Positions 41,910-51,373 of a stretch of DNA of 63,543 bases are shown one piece after another. A program made the position numbers and the translations under genes. Under the pieces are notes generated by a model, which was not told the origin of the DNA, searched no databases, and saw nothing but the letters and a program-made list of their open reading frames with translations. Position 1 is the first letter of the stretch. Every line of letters starts with the position of its first letter. The stretch comes from Bdellovibrionota bacterium (GTDB lineage: Bacteria; Bdellovibrionota_C; UBA2361; OMII01), in assembly GCA_044345405.1 (NCBI GenBank), contig JBIJBE010000020.1:1-63543 (forward strand), given 5' to 3'.

Positions 41910-41960
41910 GAACGGTTACGGTCCAGAGCTGCGAGGGAAAAGATTGCGACCTTTGCCCCC

Positions 41961-42079
41961 GGAGGGCGACCAGCTTGTCCCTCGTAGCGGAGCGAAGTGG
42001 GATCCTGGTCGCCATGTTGCATGAGACAAAGATCGTATGCGATGCGTGACGTCTTGGCGCGCAGGAATGCGCGCCCTCC
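41961..42079. repeat. inverted REP pair (first copy with loop insertion)
   Basis: 41961-42013 has an expanded loop; 42056-42079 is the GGCGCGC-stem variant. Confidence 0.9.
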
Positions 42080-42148
42080 GATGCACGGGGTCGAAAACCA
42101 ACAACACCAAAATGCGACAAATCGTCCTCCCGTATACGGGGCTCGACC

Positions 42149-43516
42149 CTACAACGCTCCCGCAAACAGAACCATCGCCAACGTGAAATAGATAACCAAA
42201 CCCGCTACGTCGATAATAGTGGCGACGAATGGTGCGGACGATGTAGCTGGGTCTAATCGGAATCGCTTAAGGATAAACGGTAACATCGCTCCCGCGAGGC
42301 TTCCTAACGTTACAACCGCGGCGAGCGAGAAGAACACCGTAAACGCGAGCGCGAGCCAATGCTCACCATAAATCGGCGAAAACTGCGCCCAAATAACAAC
42401 GCGCAGGAATCCAACCAGACCAAGGATCGATCCGAGCGAGATTCCCGTGATCGCCTCTCGTTGAAACACCTTGAGCCAGTCCCGCAATCGGATCTCGCCG
42501 ATAGCGAGCGCGCGGATAACGAGCGTGGAAGCCTGACTTCCAGAGTTACCACCACTGGAGATAATAAGCGGAATAAAGAGCGTCAAAACTACCGCACTTT
42601 GAATAGCGTGCTCATAGTTAGCCATCGCGGACGCCGTCAGCGTCTCACCCACGAAGAGCACCACGAGCCAGTGCGCGCGCTTACGAATAAGGGTGCTCAC
42701 CGGCGTTTTAATGTAGGGCTCCTCGAGAGCTTCGGTACCTCCGAGCTTCTGGATATCTTCGGTAACCTCTTCCTCTTGAACGTCGAGAATGTCGTCGACG
42801 GTAACGATACCGAGAAGGTTCCCCGCCGAATCAACTACTGGAAGGGTTGGACGATCGTATTTTCGAAACAGTTCAACCGCGACCTCTTGATCGCTATGCG
42901 CGTCGAGCGCCTCAAAGGTAAAGTTCATCAGTGAGGAAACTTCCTCCTCGGGAGAGGCGAGGAGTACCTGCTTGATGTAGACCTCATCGGCGAGCTTTCC
43001 TGAAGCGTCTACGACGTAGAGCGTGTCGAATGAGTCGCTGGGATGCCCGTTGGTCCGAATGTGCTCAAGAACCTCTCGCACCTTCCAATCCGCGCGCACG
43101 GTAAGATAGTCGGGCGACATAAGACGCCCAACGCTGTTTTCGGGATATCCAAGAAGTGAGAGCGCCACCTCACGCTCCTCTTTTGAGAGGAGTGCTAAGA
43201 GTTGTCGCGCGGCCTCCGCTGGAATCTCCTCAAGGAGCGCCGTTCTGTCGTCCGCCGCCATCTCATCGAGGAGTCGAGCGGTCTGACGATCGCCGAGCCC
43301 ACTTAGTACCTTTTTTTGAACATCAACTTCGAGCTGCGAGAAGATGTCCGCCGCGTGGTCACGGGGCAGAATGCGGAAGATGAGCACACGCTCCTCGTCC
43401 GAGAGCTCGTTAAAGATCTCCGCCACCTCAACTGGCGGAACTTCGACAAGCCGGTCCCGTAGCGCATGGAGATCGCGCTCACCGATCAGGCGTTGTACAT
43501 CTTCGATAGTGCTCAT
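42149..43516 (-). CDS. mgtE: magnesium transporter MgtE
   Basis: MgtE_N region, CBS pair (YPENSVGRLM, GIVTVDD), GGNSGSQ and DPATSSAPFVATIID motifs. Confidence 0.96.
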   Translation of the reverse strand: MSTIEDVQRLIGERDLHALRDRLVEVPPVEVAEIFNELSDEERVLIFRILPRDHAADIFSQLEVDVQKKVLSGLGDRQTARLLDEMAADDRTALLEEIPAEAARQLLALLSKEEREVALSLLGYPENSVGRLMSPDYLTVRADWKVREVLEHIRTNGHPSDSFDTLYVVDASGKLADEVYIKQVLLASPEEEVSSLMNFTFEALDAHSDQEVAVELFRKYDRPTLPVVDSAGNLLGIVTVDDILDVQEEEVTEDIQKLGGTEALEEPYIKTPVSTLIRKRAHWLVVLFVGETLTASAMANYEHAIQSAVVLTLFIPLIISSGGNSGSQASTLVIRALAIGEIRLRDWLKVFQREAITGISLGSILGLVGFLRVVIWAQFSPIYGEHWLALAFTVFFSLAAVVTLGSLAGAMLPFILKRFRLDPATSSAPFVATIIDVAGLVIYFTLAMVLFAGAL

Positions 43517-43521
43517 GTGAG

Positions 43522-44433
43522 TTAGGCGAACAGTTCTAGTACCGGGCGCAGTCTATCAATAATCATGAAGTGCCCACCACCCTTGACCTGCTCAAATCTG
43601 CTCTGAGGGATCATTTTGTGAAGAATTTTCGCCATGGAGATAGGCACATACGTATCCTCGTCCCCGTGCCAGATGGTGGTCGGTACCGTTACCTTTGAGG
43701 GAAGCTCACGCCAATCAGATAAAAGAAGGCTAAAGTCGGTCATCACCCCCCGAACCCCGGGGCGTAGCGACTCCTTGATATTCCGAGCGAGCACCACTCC
43801 AACCTCAGCACGAGTCACGATCGGACGATCAGCCGCGGGAAGAACGGACGAGAACCACACCTCAGCGGCACCCGGTACGGTGCGCCACAGGACCGCCATA
43901 GCGCCGACAGCGAGCTGTCCGAGCACACCAAAGTGCTGTCCTGCTCTCAAAAGGCTTTTATTAACCCAGTGCATCCCCTCAAGAGCTCCAGGCTCGTGCA
44001 TAGGCCCCACACCACTCACTACCGCAAGGTGCGAGACGCGTTCCGAGAGAAGGGCAGCTGTAGCGACCGCCGTAGGCGTTCCGCCAGAAACTCCTAGAAC
44101 ACCAAAGCTCGAGACGCCGAGCGCGTCAGCGACAAGCCGCACATCCTCTGACCAATCCTCAATCCGCCGCTCTCCGTACCAATCGGAGCCACCGAACCCA
44201 GGTCGATCAAGCGCGACAACCGTAATGCCAAGATCACGCGCCACCCCATGCGCTATCGATGCCTCAAGGCGACACGCTGGAAAGCCGTGACTGTAGAAGA
44301 CCACTTTCGAGAGATCGCGTGCGCCAACGATGGCGTACTGCACCCGCCGCCCATTTGGGTGCGCCACGATCCCCTCATGTTCACGAACCGCGGAATTATT
44401 CACGAGCGCTACTCGAAAGAACGTACCGCTCAT
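43522..44433 (-). CDS. alpha/beta hydrolase
   Basis: HGFP, DRPGFGGS, GVSGG nucleophile elbow, WHGDED and GGH motifs. True start probably slightly downstream. Confidence 0.9.
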   Translation of the reverse strand: MSGTFFRVALVNNSAVREHEGIVAHPNGRRVQYAIVGARDLSKVVFYSHGFPACRLEASIAHGVARDLGITVVALDRPGFGGSDWYGERRIEDWSEDVRLVADALGVSSFGVLGVSGGTPTAVATAALLSERVSHLAVVSGVGPMHEPGALEGMHWVNKSLLRAGQHFGVLGQLAVGAMAVLWRTVPGAAEVWFSSVLPAADRPIVTRAEVGVVLARNIKESLRPGVRGVMTDFSLLLSDWRELPSKVTVPTTIWHGDEDTYVPISMAKILHKMIPQSRFEQVKGGGHFMIIDRLRPVLELFA

Positions 44434-46099
44434 ACGCCATCACACGGTACTGATCCACCATACGGTGCGTGTTAAAAAATGAGCCGTTCACGGCGATAGC
44501 ATTCCGCATAATCTCGCCGAACGCCATGTGATTGTGAAAGAAAGTTGGAAGAACGTGGTGTTCAAGTTGCGCGTAGAGCGCCTCCGCGTCAGCGTGGTCC
44601 TGCTCCATCGGCGCCACACCACCTTCGTTCAATCCGCTCTTAATCACCCATCCCGTTACACCCTGAATACCGCCCTCAAGCCACCATCCATCAGCGATAC
44701 TAAGGCTTGGAACTCCATTGAGCGCGCACTTCATACCTGACGTGCCGGATGCCTCAAGTGGCGCGCGAGGGGTATTGAGCCACACATCCACACCAGCGAC
44801 CATCTGAGCCGCGAGTTGGGTGTCGTAATTCGGAAGGAACGCGACCCTCACAAGATCACCACTTCGCGAACCGAGTTCATGCACGGCGCGAATGAGCTGC
44901 TTGCCCCACTCATCACGTGGATGCGCTTTGCCGGCGAATACAAGATTTATAGGACCGAACTGCTCGGCGAGCCGTTGAAGGCGCCCGAGATCGTTAAAGA
45001 TAAGGAGCGGTCGTTTATATTCCGTCGCGCGACGGGCGAATCCGATCACGATCCCCGATCCACCGAACGGCATTCCAACTTTTGCTTCTATCGCCCGCAG
45101 GAACGTGTCCCGACACTCCCTGTGCGCCTGCTGAATATCCTCAATCGGAATCAATAACGCTTGCCGAAGCTGTTCGCTTCGTTGGCGCCATCCCGGAACG
45201 AAGGTATCAAAGAGCCGCGCGAACGGCGGCGAGGTCCATCGAACCGCGTGAACTCCGTTGGTAATTCCATATACCTCCGCGTCCGGGAACATCGCCTTGG
45301 TTACATCCATGTGCTTTCGAGAGACCGCGTTCACCGTGCCAGAGAATCGCATCGCGAGACGGGTCATATTGAGCTGCCCATGTTCAAAAACCTGCGATGC
45401 TCTCGTAAGATGCTCTGGAGAGAGAACGGCTGAAATATGATCGACTGAGAAGACATCGTGCCCTGCGGGAACTGGTGTATGTGTCGTAAACACCGTGCGA
45501 TGGCGCAGCTCTTGGCACCGCCCCTCAGAGTCAGGGCATCCCTCCTCAGGAATCTGATCTAAAAGAAGGAACGCCGCGTGTCCCTCGTTCATGTGGCAGA
45601 TAGTTTCAGGGGGATACCCGAGCGCTCGGAGCATACGACCTCCCCCGACCCCTAGTACGAGCTCCTGCAACAAGCGGAGTCCCTGATCCCCACCATAGAG
45701 ACGGTCGGTAATGCGCCTGTCCTCAGCGGAATTCTCTACAACGTCGGTGTCCAGAAAGAGGATCGGCACAGAGTGTCCGGTGACACCAACTTCTACTCGC
45801 TTCCACGCCTGCACACGAACAACCCGATCTTTTAAAGGAACATCAACGATCGGCTGACATCGCGCGAGGAGCTGTTCCGGCTCCCACTGCTCTGGGGCCT
45901 CAAGTTGATCGCCGTGCTCGCTGATAGATTGGCGCACGTAGCCTTTGCGATGGAGCAAGGTAACCGCGACCATCGGAACGCCCAGGTCCGCCGCGCCGCG
46001 GATCGTATCCCCCGCGAGCACACCAAGACCACCCGAATAGGTAGGCAACGACGGGTCAATCGCGATCTCCATAGAAAAATATGCAACGGGTGTGGACAT
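44396..46099 (-). CDS. glgP: alpha-glucan family phosphorylase
   Basis: YFSME, YSGGLGVLAGD, HMNEGH, FTTHTPVPAGHD, GFARRATEYKR and EASGTSGMK motifs. Confidence 0.95.
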   Translation of the reverse strand: MSTPVAYFSMEIAIDPSLPTYSGGLGVLAGDTIRGAADLGVPMVAVTLLHRKGYVRQSISEHGDQLEAPEQWEPEQLLARCQPIVDVPLKDRVVRVQAWKRVEVGVTGHSVPILFLDTDVVENSAEDRRITDRLYGGDQGLRLLQELVLGVGGGRMLRALGYPPETICHMNEGHAAFLLLDQIPEEGCPDSEGRCQELRHRTVFTTHTPVPAGHDVFSVDHISAVLSPEHLTRASQVFEHGQLNMTRLAMRFSGTVNAVSRKHMDVTKAMFPDAEVYGITNGVHAVRWTSPPFARLFDTFVPGWRQRSEQLRQALLIPIEDIQQAHRECRDTFLRAIEAKVGMPFGGSGIVIGFARRATEYKRPLLIFNDLGRLQRLAEQFGPINLVFAGKAHPRDEWGKQLIRAVHELGSRSGDLVRVAFLPNYDTQLAAQMVAGVDVWLNTPRAPLEASGTSGMKCALNGVPSLSIADGWWLEGGIQGVTGWVIKSGLNEGGVAPMEQDHADAEALYAQLEHHVLPTFFHNHMAFGEIMRNAIAVNGSFFNTHRMVDQYRVMAYERYVLSSSARE

Positions 46100-46166
46100 G
46101 GGGGGATGGTAGCAGGAGGAGGATAGAAGGGAAAACGAGGATTGTTATATTCCGGACGAAACGACC

Positions 46167-47369
46167 CTAGACCGCCTGCGACGGCAACCCCGCGTCGTTC
46201 AAATGCTTCACAATCTGCGCCCCGTGCGCTCGGTCTCGAACCTCTACCACAACCGTTATATCGACATATCCGGGAAGGCGGGCATAAAACCGATCATGCG
46301 CGACCTGAAGAACGTTTCCTCCCTGGTCCGCGATGATTCCCGTAATCTGATGCAACATGCCGGGACGATCGGGCAACGAAACGTTCACCCGCAGCAAACG
46401 TCCACGTTCGCACATATCTTGCTCAATCAAACGCGAGAGGAGGTTGTTATCGATGTTACTTCCGCATACGAACACAACCGGTTTCTTGCACCTATCCGGA
46501 AGATGCCCATCCATCACGGCGGCTAATCCAGCAGCACCCGCCCCTTCAACCACCGTACGCTCCTGCTCTAACAGCATCATAATCGCGTGCGCGATTGAGG
46601 TTTCAGGAGCAGCTACGATCTTATCAACGAACTTCTCAATGATAGGCCCCGTCACCTTACCGATCTGCTTCACCGCGATACCATCCGCGATCGTCATCGG
46701 CGCGAATCCCGGTTTATACGCGTCGGGATTCTGTCGAATGCGCTCAGCCCACTCGGAGATAACACCAAGAATAAAGATATCGGGACGCTTCTGTTTGATA
46801 GTCGCGGCAACACCCGAGGCGTATCCACCCCCACCGATCGGAATCACGATTGAATCGAAATCGGCAACCTGATGCAGCACCTCAAGTGCCGCGACACCGT
46901 GTCCCTGCACCACGAACTCATGATCAAAGGGAGGGACATAGGTGATGTTACTCTCGCGCGCGAGGTTCTGCGCGTACACCATAGCCTCAGCGAGCGAGCT
47001 CTGGTACGAGATCTTCGCGCCTAACTTTCGACACCGCTCAATCTTCACGAGCGGCGCGTTGAACGGAACAACGATCTCACACGGAATCCCTAACCGTTGC
47101 GAGTGGAAGCTCACTCCTAGCGCGTGATTTCCCGCGCTGGCGGTGCACACGCCGCGCTCACGGACGGAAGGATCCAAGCTCAACAAGAAATTGAGCGCGC
47201 CCCGTTCCTTAAAGGACCCGGTTCGAAACTTATTATCCCATTTGATAGTGATGTGTTTGCCGAGCGCTTCTGAAATAGAGGCCGCGTACGATACAGGAGT
47301 TACGGGCAGGTGCGCCGCCAGCCGCTCCTTCGCGGCCTCGATCTCGACCAAGGTAGGAAATGCGCCCAT
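46167..47369 (-). CDS. ilvA: threonine ammonia-lyase with C-terminal ACT domain
   Basis: TGSFKERGA, SAGNHA, PIGGGG, TIADGIAVK, VVEGAGA and LPDRPG motifs. Confidence 0.93.
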   Translation of the reverse strand: MGAFPTLVEIEAAKERLAAHLPVTPVSYAASISEALGKHITIKWDNKFRTGSFKERGALNFLLSLDPSVRERGVCTASAGNHALGVSFHSQRLGIPCEIVVPFNAPLVKIERCRKLGAKISYQSSLAEAMVYAQNLARESNITYVPPFDHEFVVQGHGVAALEVLHQVADFDSIVIPIGGGGYASGVAATIKQKRPDIFILGVISEWAERIRQNPDAYKPGFAPMTIADGIAVKQIGKVTGPIIEKFVDKIVAAPETSIAHAIMMLLEQERTVVEGAGAAGLAAVMDGHLPDRCKKPVVFVCGSNIDNNLLSRLIEQDMCERGRLLRVNVSLPDRPGMLHQITGIIADQGGNVLQVAHDRFYARLPGYVDITVVVEVRDRAHGAQIVKHLNDAGLPSQAV

Positions 47370-47470
47370 ATGGTCTCCCCATGGTACCCCCTCCTACGGA
47401 GAGCCCGCAACATGAGATGGAAAAGGGTGGGGATATGGCGGGGTTGGCCCATTCCCGAACTCGCACCTCG

Positions 47471-47592
47471 GGAGGGCGACCAGCTTGTCCGCCGGAGCTT
47501 TAGCGAAGGAGGATCCTGCGCGCCGGAATGTACCACGCCCCCCAAACGATCTTCACTCTACGCAACACGGCGACCAGGAATGGTCGCCCTCC
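47471..47592. repeat. inverted REP pair (first copy with a different loop insertion)
   Basis: 47471-47524 contains CCGCCGGAGCTTTAGCGAAGGAGG in its loop; 47569-47592 is a standard copy. Confidence 0.88.
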
Positions 47593-47664
47593 CACCTACC
47601 AGGTCGCAAACGACCTTGCGCCTCCCCCATGACAACCCCACCCCCTTCACGCTACAACTCTTCC

Positions 47665-48783
47665 GTGGAAACATTCGACACAATCATCCTCGGCGGTGGC
47701 ATCTCCGGACTCGGCGTAGCCCGTGAGGTCGCGTCCGCTGGATACTCAACCCTCGTGCTCGAAGCCGGCACGTGCGGCAACGCCACGTCGAACAACACCC
47801 TTCGGATCATTCACGGCGGATTCCGCTACCTTCAGAACTTCGATCTCCCTCGCGTCATCAAATCCTTGAACGATCAGAGCGCGCTCATCAATGAAGTTCC
47901 CGGAGCCGTTCAACCCCTTCCGTGCCTCATGCCCCTCACCCGCTTCGGCATGAAGAGTCGACTACCCGTTACCTGCGCGACCCTCCTCTACGGCGCGATC
48001 ATGCAGGCAAACAAATCCCCACTTCCCGCTCCGCATATCGTCTCGCCCGAAAAGCTGCACTCCACTGTAAAAATACTGCGATCAAAGGCTCCCTATGGCG
48101 CGTTGTGTTGGTACGACGGCGTGATGACCGAGCCCGCAGCGATTACCCAACACCTCATGACTCAGATAACAGCAACCGGCGGTCGCATTGTCGAACAGAA
48201 TCCGGTTGAACGCGTTGAGGGACGAAGCAAACAATTCACCGTGCACGCCGCGAGCGGAGAGACCTTCGCCGCTCGATCCGTTATCAATACCCTCGGCCCC
48301 TGGCTCGGCACGGTGCAGATTCCCAAAGAACTAGCAGGCGCTCGCCCCCGTTGGTGCAAAGGTTTTAACCTTGTTATCAAACAACAGCTCGACCCAACCT
48401 ACGGCATCGGCGTTCAAAGCACAGATGGTCGCCTCTTTTTCTACGTCCCTCGCGGAACGGGAACCGCCATCGGCACCTGGTATCTTCCTCACCCCGATAT
48501 CTCAGTCGCGCCATCGGTCTCTGAACACGAAATAGCGCAGTTCCTCCACGCCTTCAACGCAAGCCTCCCTGAGGCTGGCATAACAAAACACGATATCGAA
48601 CACATCGATGTCGGCATCCTCCCGATGGAACGCACATCCCAAAGCGGCCCCCAACTCATCGCGCATGAGCGAATCCACGAACGTGAAGGATACATTGAGG
48701 TCATGAGCACCAAGTACACCACCTTTCGGTCGCAGGGTCGCAGGGTGGCGGAGGTGGTTGCGAAGACATTGCGACACGCTTAA
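47665..48783 (+). CDS. FAD-dependent oxidoreductase, glycerol-3-phosphate dehydrogenase-like
   Basis: ILGGGISG, ATS.NTLRIIHGGFRYLQ, INTLGPW, DGRLFF and KYTTFR motifs. The ORF-track extension to 47485 runs through REPs; likely start is GTG 47665 or ATG 47629. Confidence 0.85.
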   Translation: METFDTIILGGGISGLGVAREVASAGYSTLVLEAGTCGNATSNNTLRIIHGGFRYLQNFDLPRVIKSLNDQSALINEVPGAVQPLPCLMPLTRFGMKSRLPVTCATLLYGAIMQANKSPLPAPHIVSPEKLHSTVKILRSKAPYGALCWYDGVMTEPAAITQHLMTQITATGGRIVEQNPVERVEGRSKQFTVHAASGETFAARSVINTLGPWLGTVQIPKELAGARPRWCKGFNLVIKQQLDPTYGIGVQSTDGRLFFYVPRGTGTAIGTWYLPHPDISVAPSVSEHEIAQFLHAFNASLPEAGITKHDIEHIDVGILPMERTSQSGPQLIAHERIHEREGYIEVMSTKYTTFRSQGRRVAEVVAKTLRHA

Positions 48784-48807
48784 ACACCATTTCGCTCAAC
48801 GCCACAT

Positions 48808-48905
48808 GGCGGCCAGGATCCCACTTCGCTCCGCTACGAGGGACAAGCTGGTCGCCCTACGGTTGTGTGACCCGGTGCATCGGAGGGCGCGCATTCCTGC
48901 GCGCC
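48808..48905. repeat. REP pair (GTAG-footed copy with loop insertion plus GGAG copy)
   Basis: 48808-48860 (minus strand) reads GTAG-GGCGACC...GGCCGCC; 48882-48905 reads GGAG-GGCGCGC-ATTCCT-GCGCGCC. Confidence 0.88.
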
Positions 48906-49024
48906 ACGTTACGCCCCCCTCCCCCAACCTTCCCCCCTAGCCCTCCCTCCAATTCCATCCTAATCTGATCCCTACATAAAAACCCCTCGCCCGCCCAATG
49001 CGGTGCCGTTTTTTGGTTACACCT

Positions 49025-49651
49025 ATGCGTTCATCAATCATCCGCTTCGGAATCATCTCTGCCCTCACCCTCACGACCCTCACCGCGTGTGAATACGAAT
49101 TCAAAGACCAACCAGCGAAGGGAGAGCGAGAGGTTCCGGTCGACGAAGAGGAGAACGCGCCCGAAGCGGAGAAGCAGGAGGAGCAAAAGCGTGACGCTCC
49201 GAAACCTATCGGCACCCTCGCTCCAGGAAAGCCATATCAAGGGGCGACATCACTTCCCGCCGACGCTAAACGGGTAGACGTCTTGAACCTCGCCGCTGAA
49301 AGTAAAGCGGCACTCACCAGCAATGTTCCAGGAGAGACCTTGAACAACCTCTTCGACGGCGCCGACGACTCGCTCGTTCGAACACCAGAGATCAATCCCC
49401 TCGACACCACGATCACCTTCACCGCGGCGACCAAGATCCGAGCGCTCCGCGTTCGCTCCACCTATTCAGATTTCGCGATCGCGGTACAAGTTGACGGCGG
49501 CGAGCGCATCGTTCTCGACCCGATCCCCGAAGGCGACTGGGCAACGATCGTGTTCCCAACACCGGTCGCCGCGAAGAAGATCCTCGTGCAGACCCTCCGC
49601 AAGAGCCGCGACAACTTCGTGCACGTGAATGAGATTGAGTTGTATCAGTAG
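49025..49651 (+). CDS. lipoprotein with putative discoidin/galactose-binding-like beta domain
   Basis: Lipobox LTAC and acidic linker; NNLFDG...and terminal VHVNEIELY resemble the F5/8C-like fold ends. Confidence 0.7.
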   Translation: MRSSIIRFGIISALTLTTLTACEYEFKDQPAKGEREVPVDEEENAPEAEKQEEQKRDAPKPIGTLAPGKPYQGATSLPADAKRVDVLNLAAESKAALTSNVPGETLNNLFDGADDSLVRTPEINPLDTTITFTAATKIRALRVRSTYSDFAIAVQVDGGERIVLDPIPEGDWATIVFPTPVAAKKILVQTLRKSRDNFVHVNEIELYQ

Positions 49652-49771
49652 GCACCTACTCCGGGCTTGGTAGAAGCTACAAGCCGGCGGAAGCACCACT
49701 TGCAGAGGGCGGTCCAAGGCCCCAACAACTATTTCTTGACAGGGCAGTTTATCTGGCTAAAATGACCTCAC

Positions 49772-50950
49772 ATGTCATTTTTTCAAAGAGCGATTCAACT
49801 ACCTGATCTTACGAAGCAAAATGTCTTCCTATGGGGCCCAAGGAAGGTCGGTAAGAGCAGTTGGATCAAGAACGCTCTACCAGATGCCATCTATATCGAT
49901 CTCCTCAAAAGCGATGTCCTCTCGGAGTATGCCACGAAGCCCTCCCTGCTCAGAGAGCGCTACCAGAAGCCGCCCGATCGTGCCCCTCTTGCCCCCATAG
50001 TGATTGATGAGATCCAGAAGTGCCCGCGGCTGCTTGATGAGGTGCATTGGTTAATTGAGAATACCCCTCAGCGTTTTCTCCTCACAGGCTCAAGCGCTCG
50101 CAAGCTCCGACGAGAGCACGCCAACCTTCTCGGCGGCAGAGCCTGGCGACGAGAGCTGCGCCCTCTTACAAGCGCCGAGATCAATTCCGCCACCAATGGC
50201 TCGTTTGACGTTGAGCGCGCCATAATCCAAGGACTCGTACCATCGCACTATCTCGCGACGGAATGGAAAGAAGACCTTCGAGGATACGTATCTGACTATC
50301 TCGTTGAGGAGATCGCGCAAGAGAGCGCCGTTCGAAACCTTCCAGCCTTCTCAGATTTTCTGAGAGTAGCCGCAATCACCAACGCGGAGCTGCTGAACTA
50401 TACAAATGTGGCTCGGGAGGTCGGTGTATCGGCTAAGGTTGTGCGCGGGTATTTTGAGATCCTAGAGGACACTCTGCTGGGATTTCGCGTGGCGCCTTGG
50501 TCAAAGAGTAAGAACCGGCGAATGGTAGAGACTGAGAAATTTTATCTTTTTGACGTAGGTGTCTGTAACTACCTGGCTCGCAGAGCTCCAGCATACGGCA
50601 CCCCTGAGTTCGGCAAGAGCTTTGAGCATTTCATTCTCATGGAGCTGCTCGCCTACCGCGCCTACCGATCCCCCGAAGCTGAGGTGCGATTTTGGCGAAC
50701 CTCTAATCAACAGGAGGTTGATTTCATCATCAACGACAAAGAGATGGCGCTTGAGATAAAAGCGTCACCTCGGACCGATCTCGCTGATTGCAGACACCTG
50801 ACGACCCTGCGAGAGGACGGCCCAATCAAACACCGAATCCTGGTCTCGTTCGATCAAGTGCCAAAAACGTACACCGATAACTTTGGCGATATACGGGTTC
50901 TCCCGTGGCAAGATTTCTTAGCAAGGCTGTGGCAAGGCGACTTTTTCTGA
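49772..50950 (+). CDS. AAA_14 ATPase with C-terminal DUF4143 (PD-(D/E)xK-like) domain
   Basis: GPRKVGKS, IVIDEIQK, LLTGSSARKL, LLGGRA, KFYLFDVG, FEHF and FWRT...EVDF...EIKA motifs. Confidence 0.92.
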   Translation: MSFFQRAIQLPDLTKQNVFLWGPRKVGKSSWIKNALPDAIYIDLLKSDVLSEYATKPSLLRERYQKPPDRAPLAPIVIDEIQKCPRLLDEVHWLIENTPQRFLLTGSSARKLRREHANLLGGRAWRRELRPLTSAEINSATNGSFDVERAIIQGLVPSHYLATEWKEDLRGYVSDYLVEEIAQESAVRNLPAFSDFLRVAAITNAELLNYTNVAREVGVSAKVVRGYFEILEDTLLGFRVAPWSKSKNRRMVETEKFYLFDVGVCNYLARRAPAYGTPEFGKSFEHFILMELLAYRAYRSPEAEVRFWRTSNQQEVDFIINDKEMALEIKASPRTDLADCRHLTTLREDGPIKHRILVSFDQVPKTYTDNFGDIRVLPWQDFLARLWQGDFF

Positions 50951-51261
50951 TCGAAAAATAAAAAATGCCATGAGCTCACATGCCGAAAATCGGGTTCGAT
51001 TTCGGGCCCGGGGTTGGTATAGGGTACCAGCGAATGGGGGCTTTTCGGCATCTGGCTTGAGTAAGTAACCCCTTAGGCAGATCTCGAAAGGAGGAGCCTT
51101 CCGGACTAGGGCGCACCCGAAGTTTGGTACAGGGTACTAGTGAAGGGGGGCTGTTCTGTCACAAGGTATACGTTAATCCTGATCAACCGGGGACGCTGAA
51201 GCAATTGTTGCTGAGGAAGGGATAGCCACCCGAAGTTTGGTACAGGGCACTAGCGATGAGC

Positions 51262-51320
51262 CTCGATCCGGTCCCCGAAGGCGATTGGGCAACGATCGTG
51301 TTCCCAACACCGGTTACCGC
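51262..51320 (+). repeat. 59-nt diverged copy of 49514-49572 (internal fragment of the lipoprotein gene)
   Basis: 54 of 59 nt identical; lies exactly between array copies 3 and 4. Confidence 0.92.
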
Positions 51321-51373
51321 CCGAGGTTTAGTACAGGGTACTAGTGAATGGGGCTTTATGTTCGCTGGCGAAT

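Noticed and set aside
47485-47664. N-terminal extension of the FAD oxidoreductase
   Set aside because: It is translated REP sequence; the Rossmann motif begins just after GTG 47665.
49514-51320. DGR template/variable repeat pair
   Set aside because: The five mismatches are not confined to adenines of one copy on either strand and are mostly silent. No reverse transcriptase is in the window.
51006-51354. Canonical CRISPR array
   Set aside because: The repeats are too divergent, the periods irregular (110, 113, 91 nt) and the spacers long; whole genes lie between other copies and no cas genes are present. Reported instead as an unexplained repeat array.
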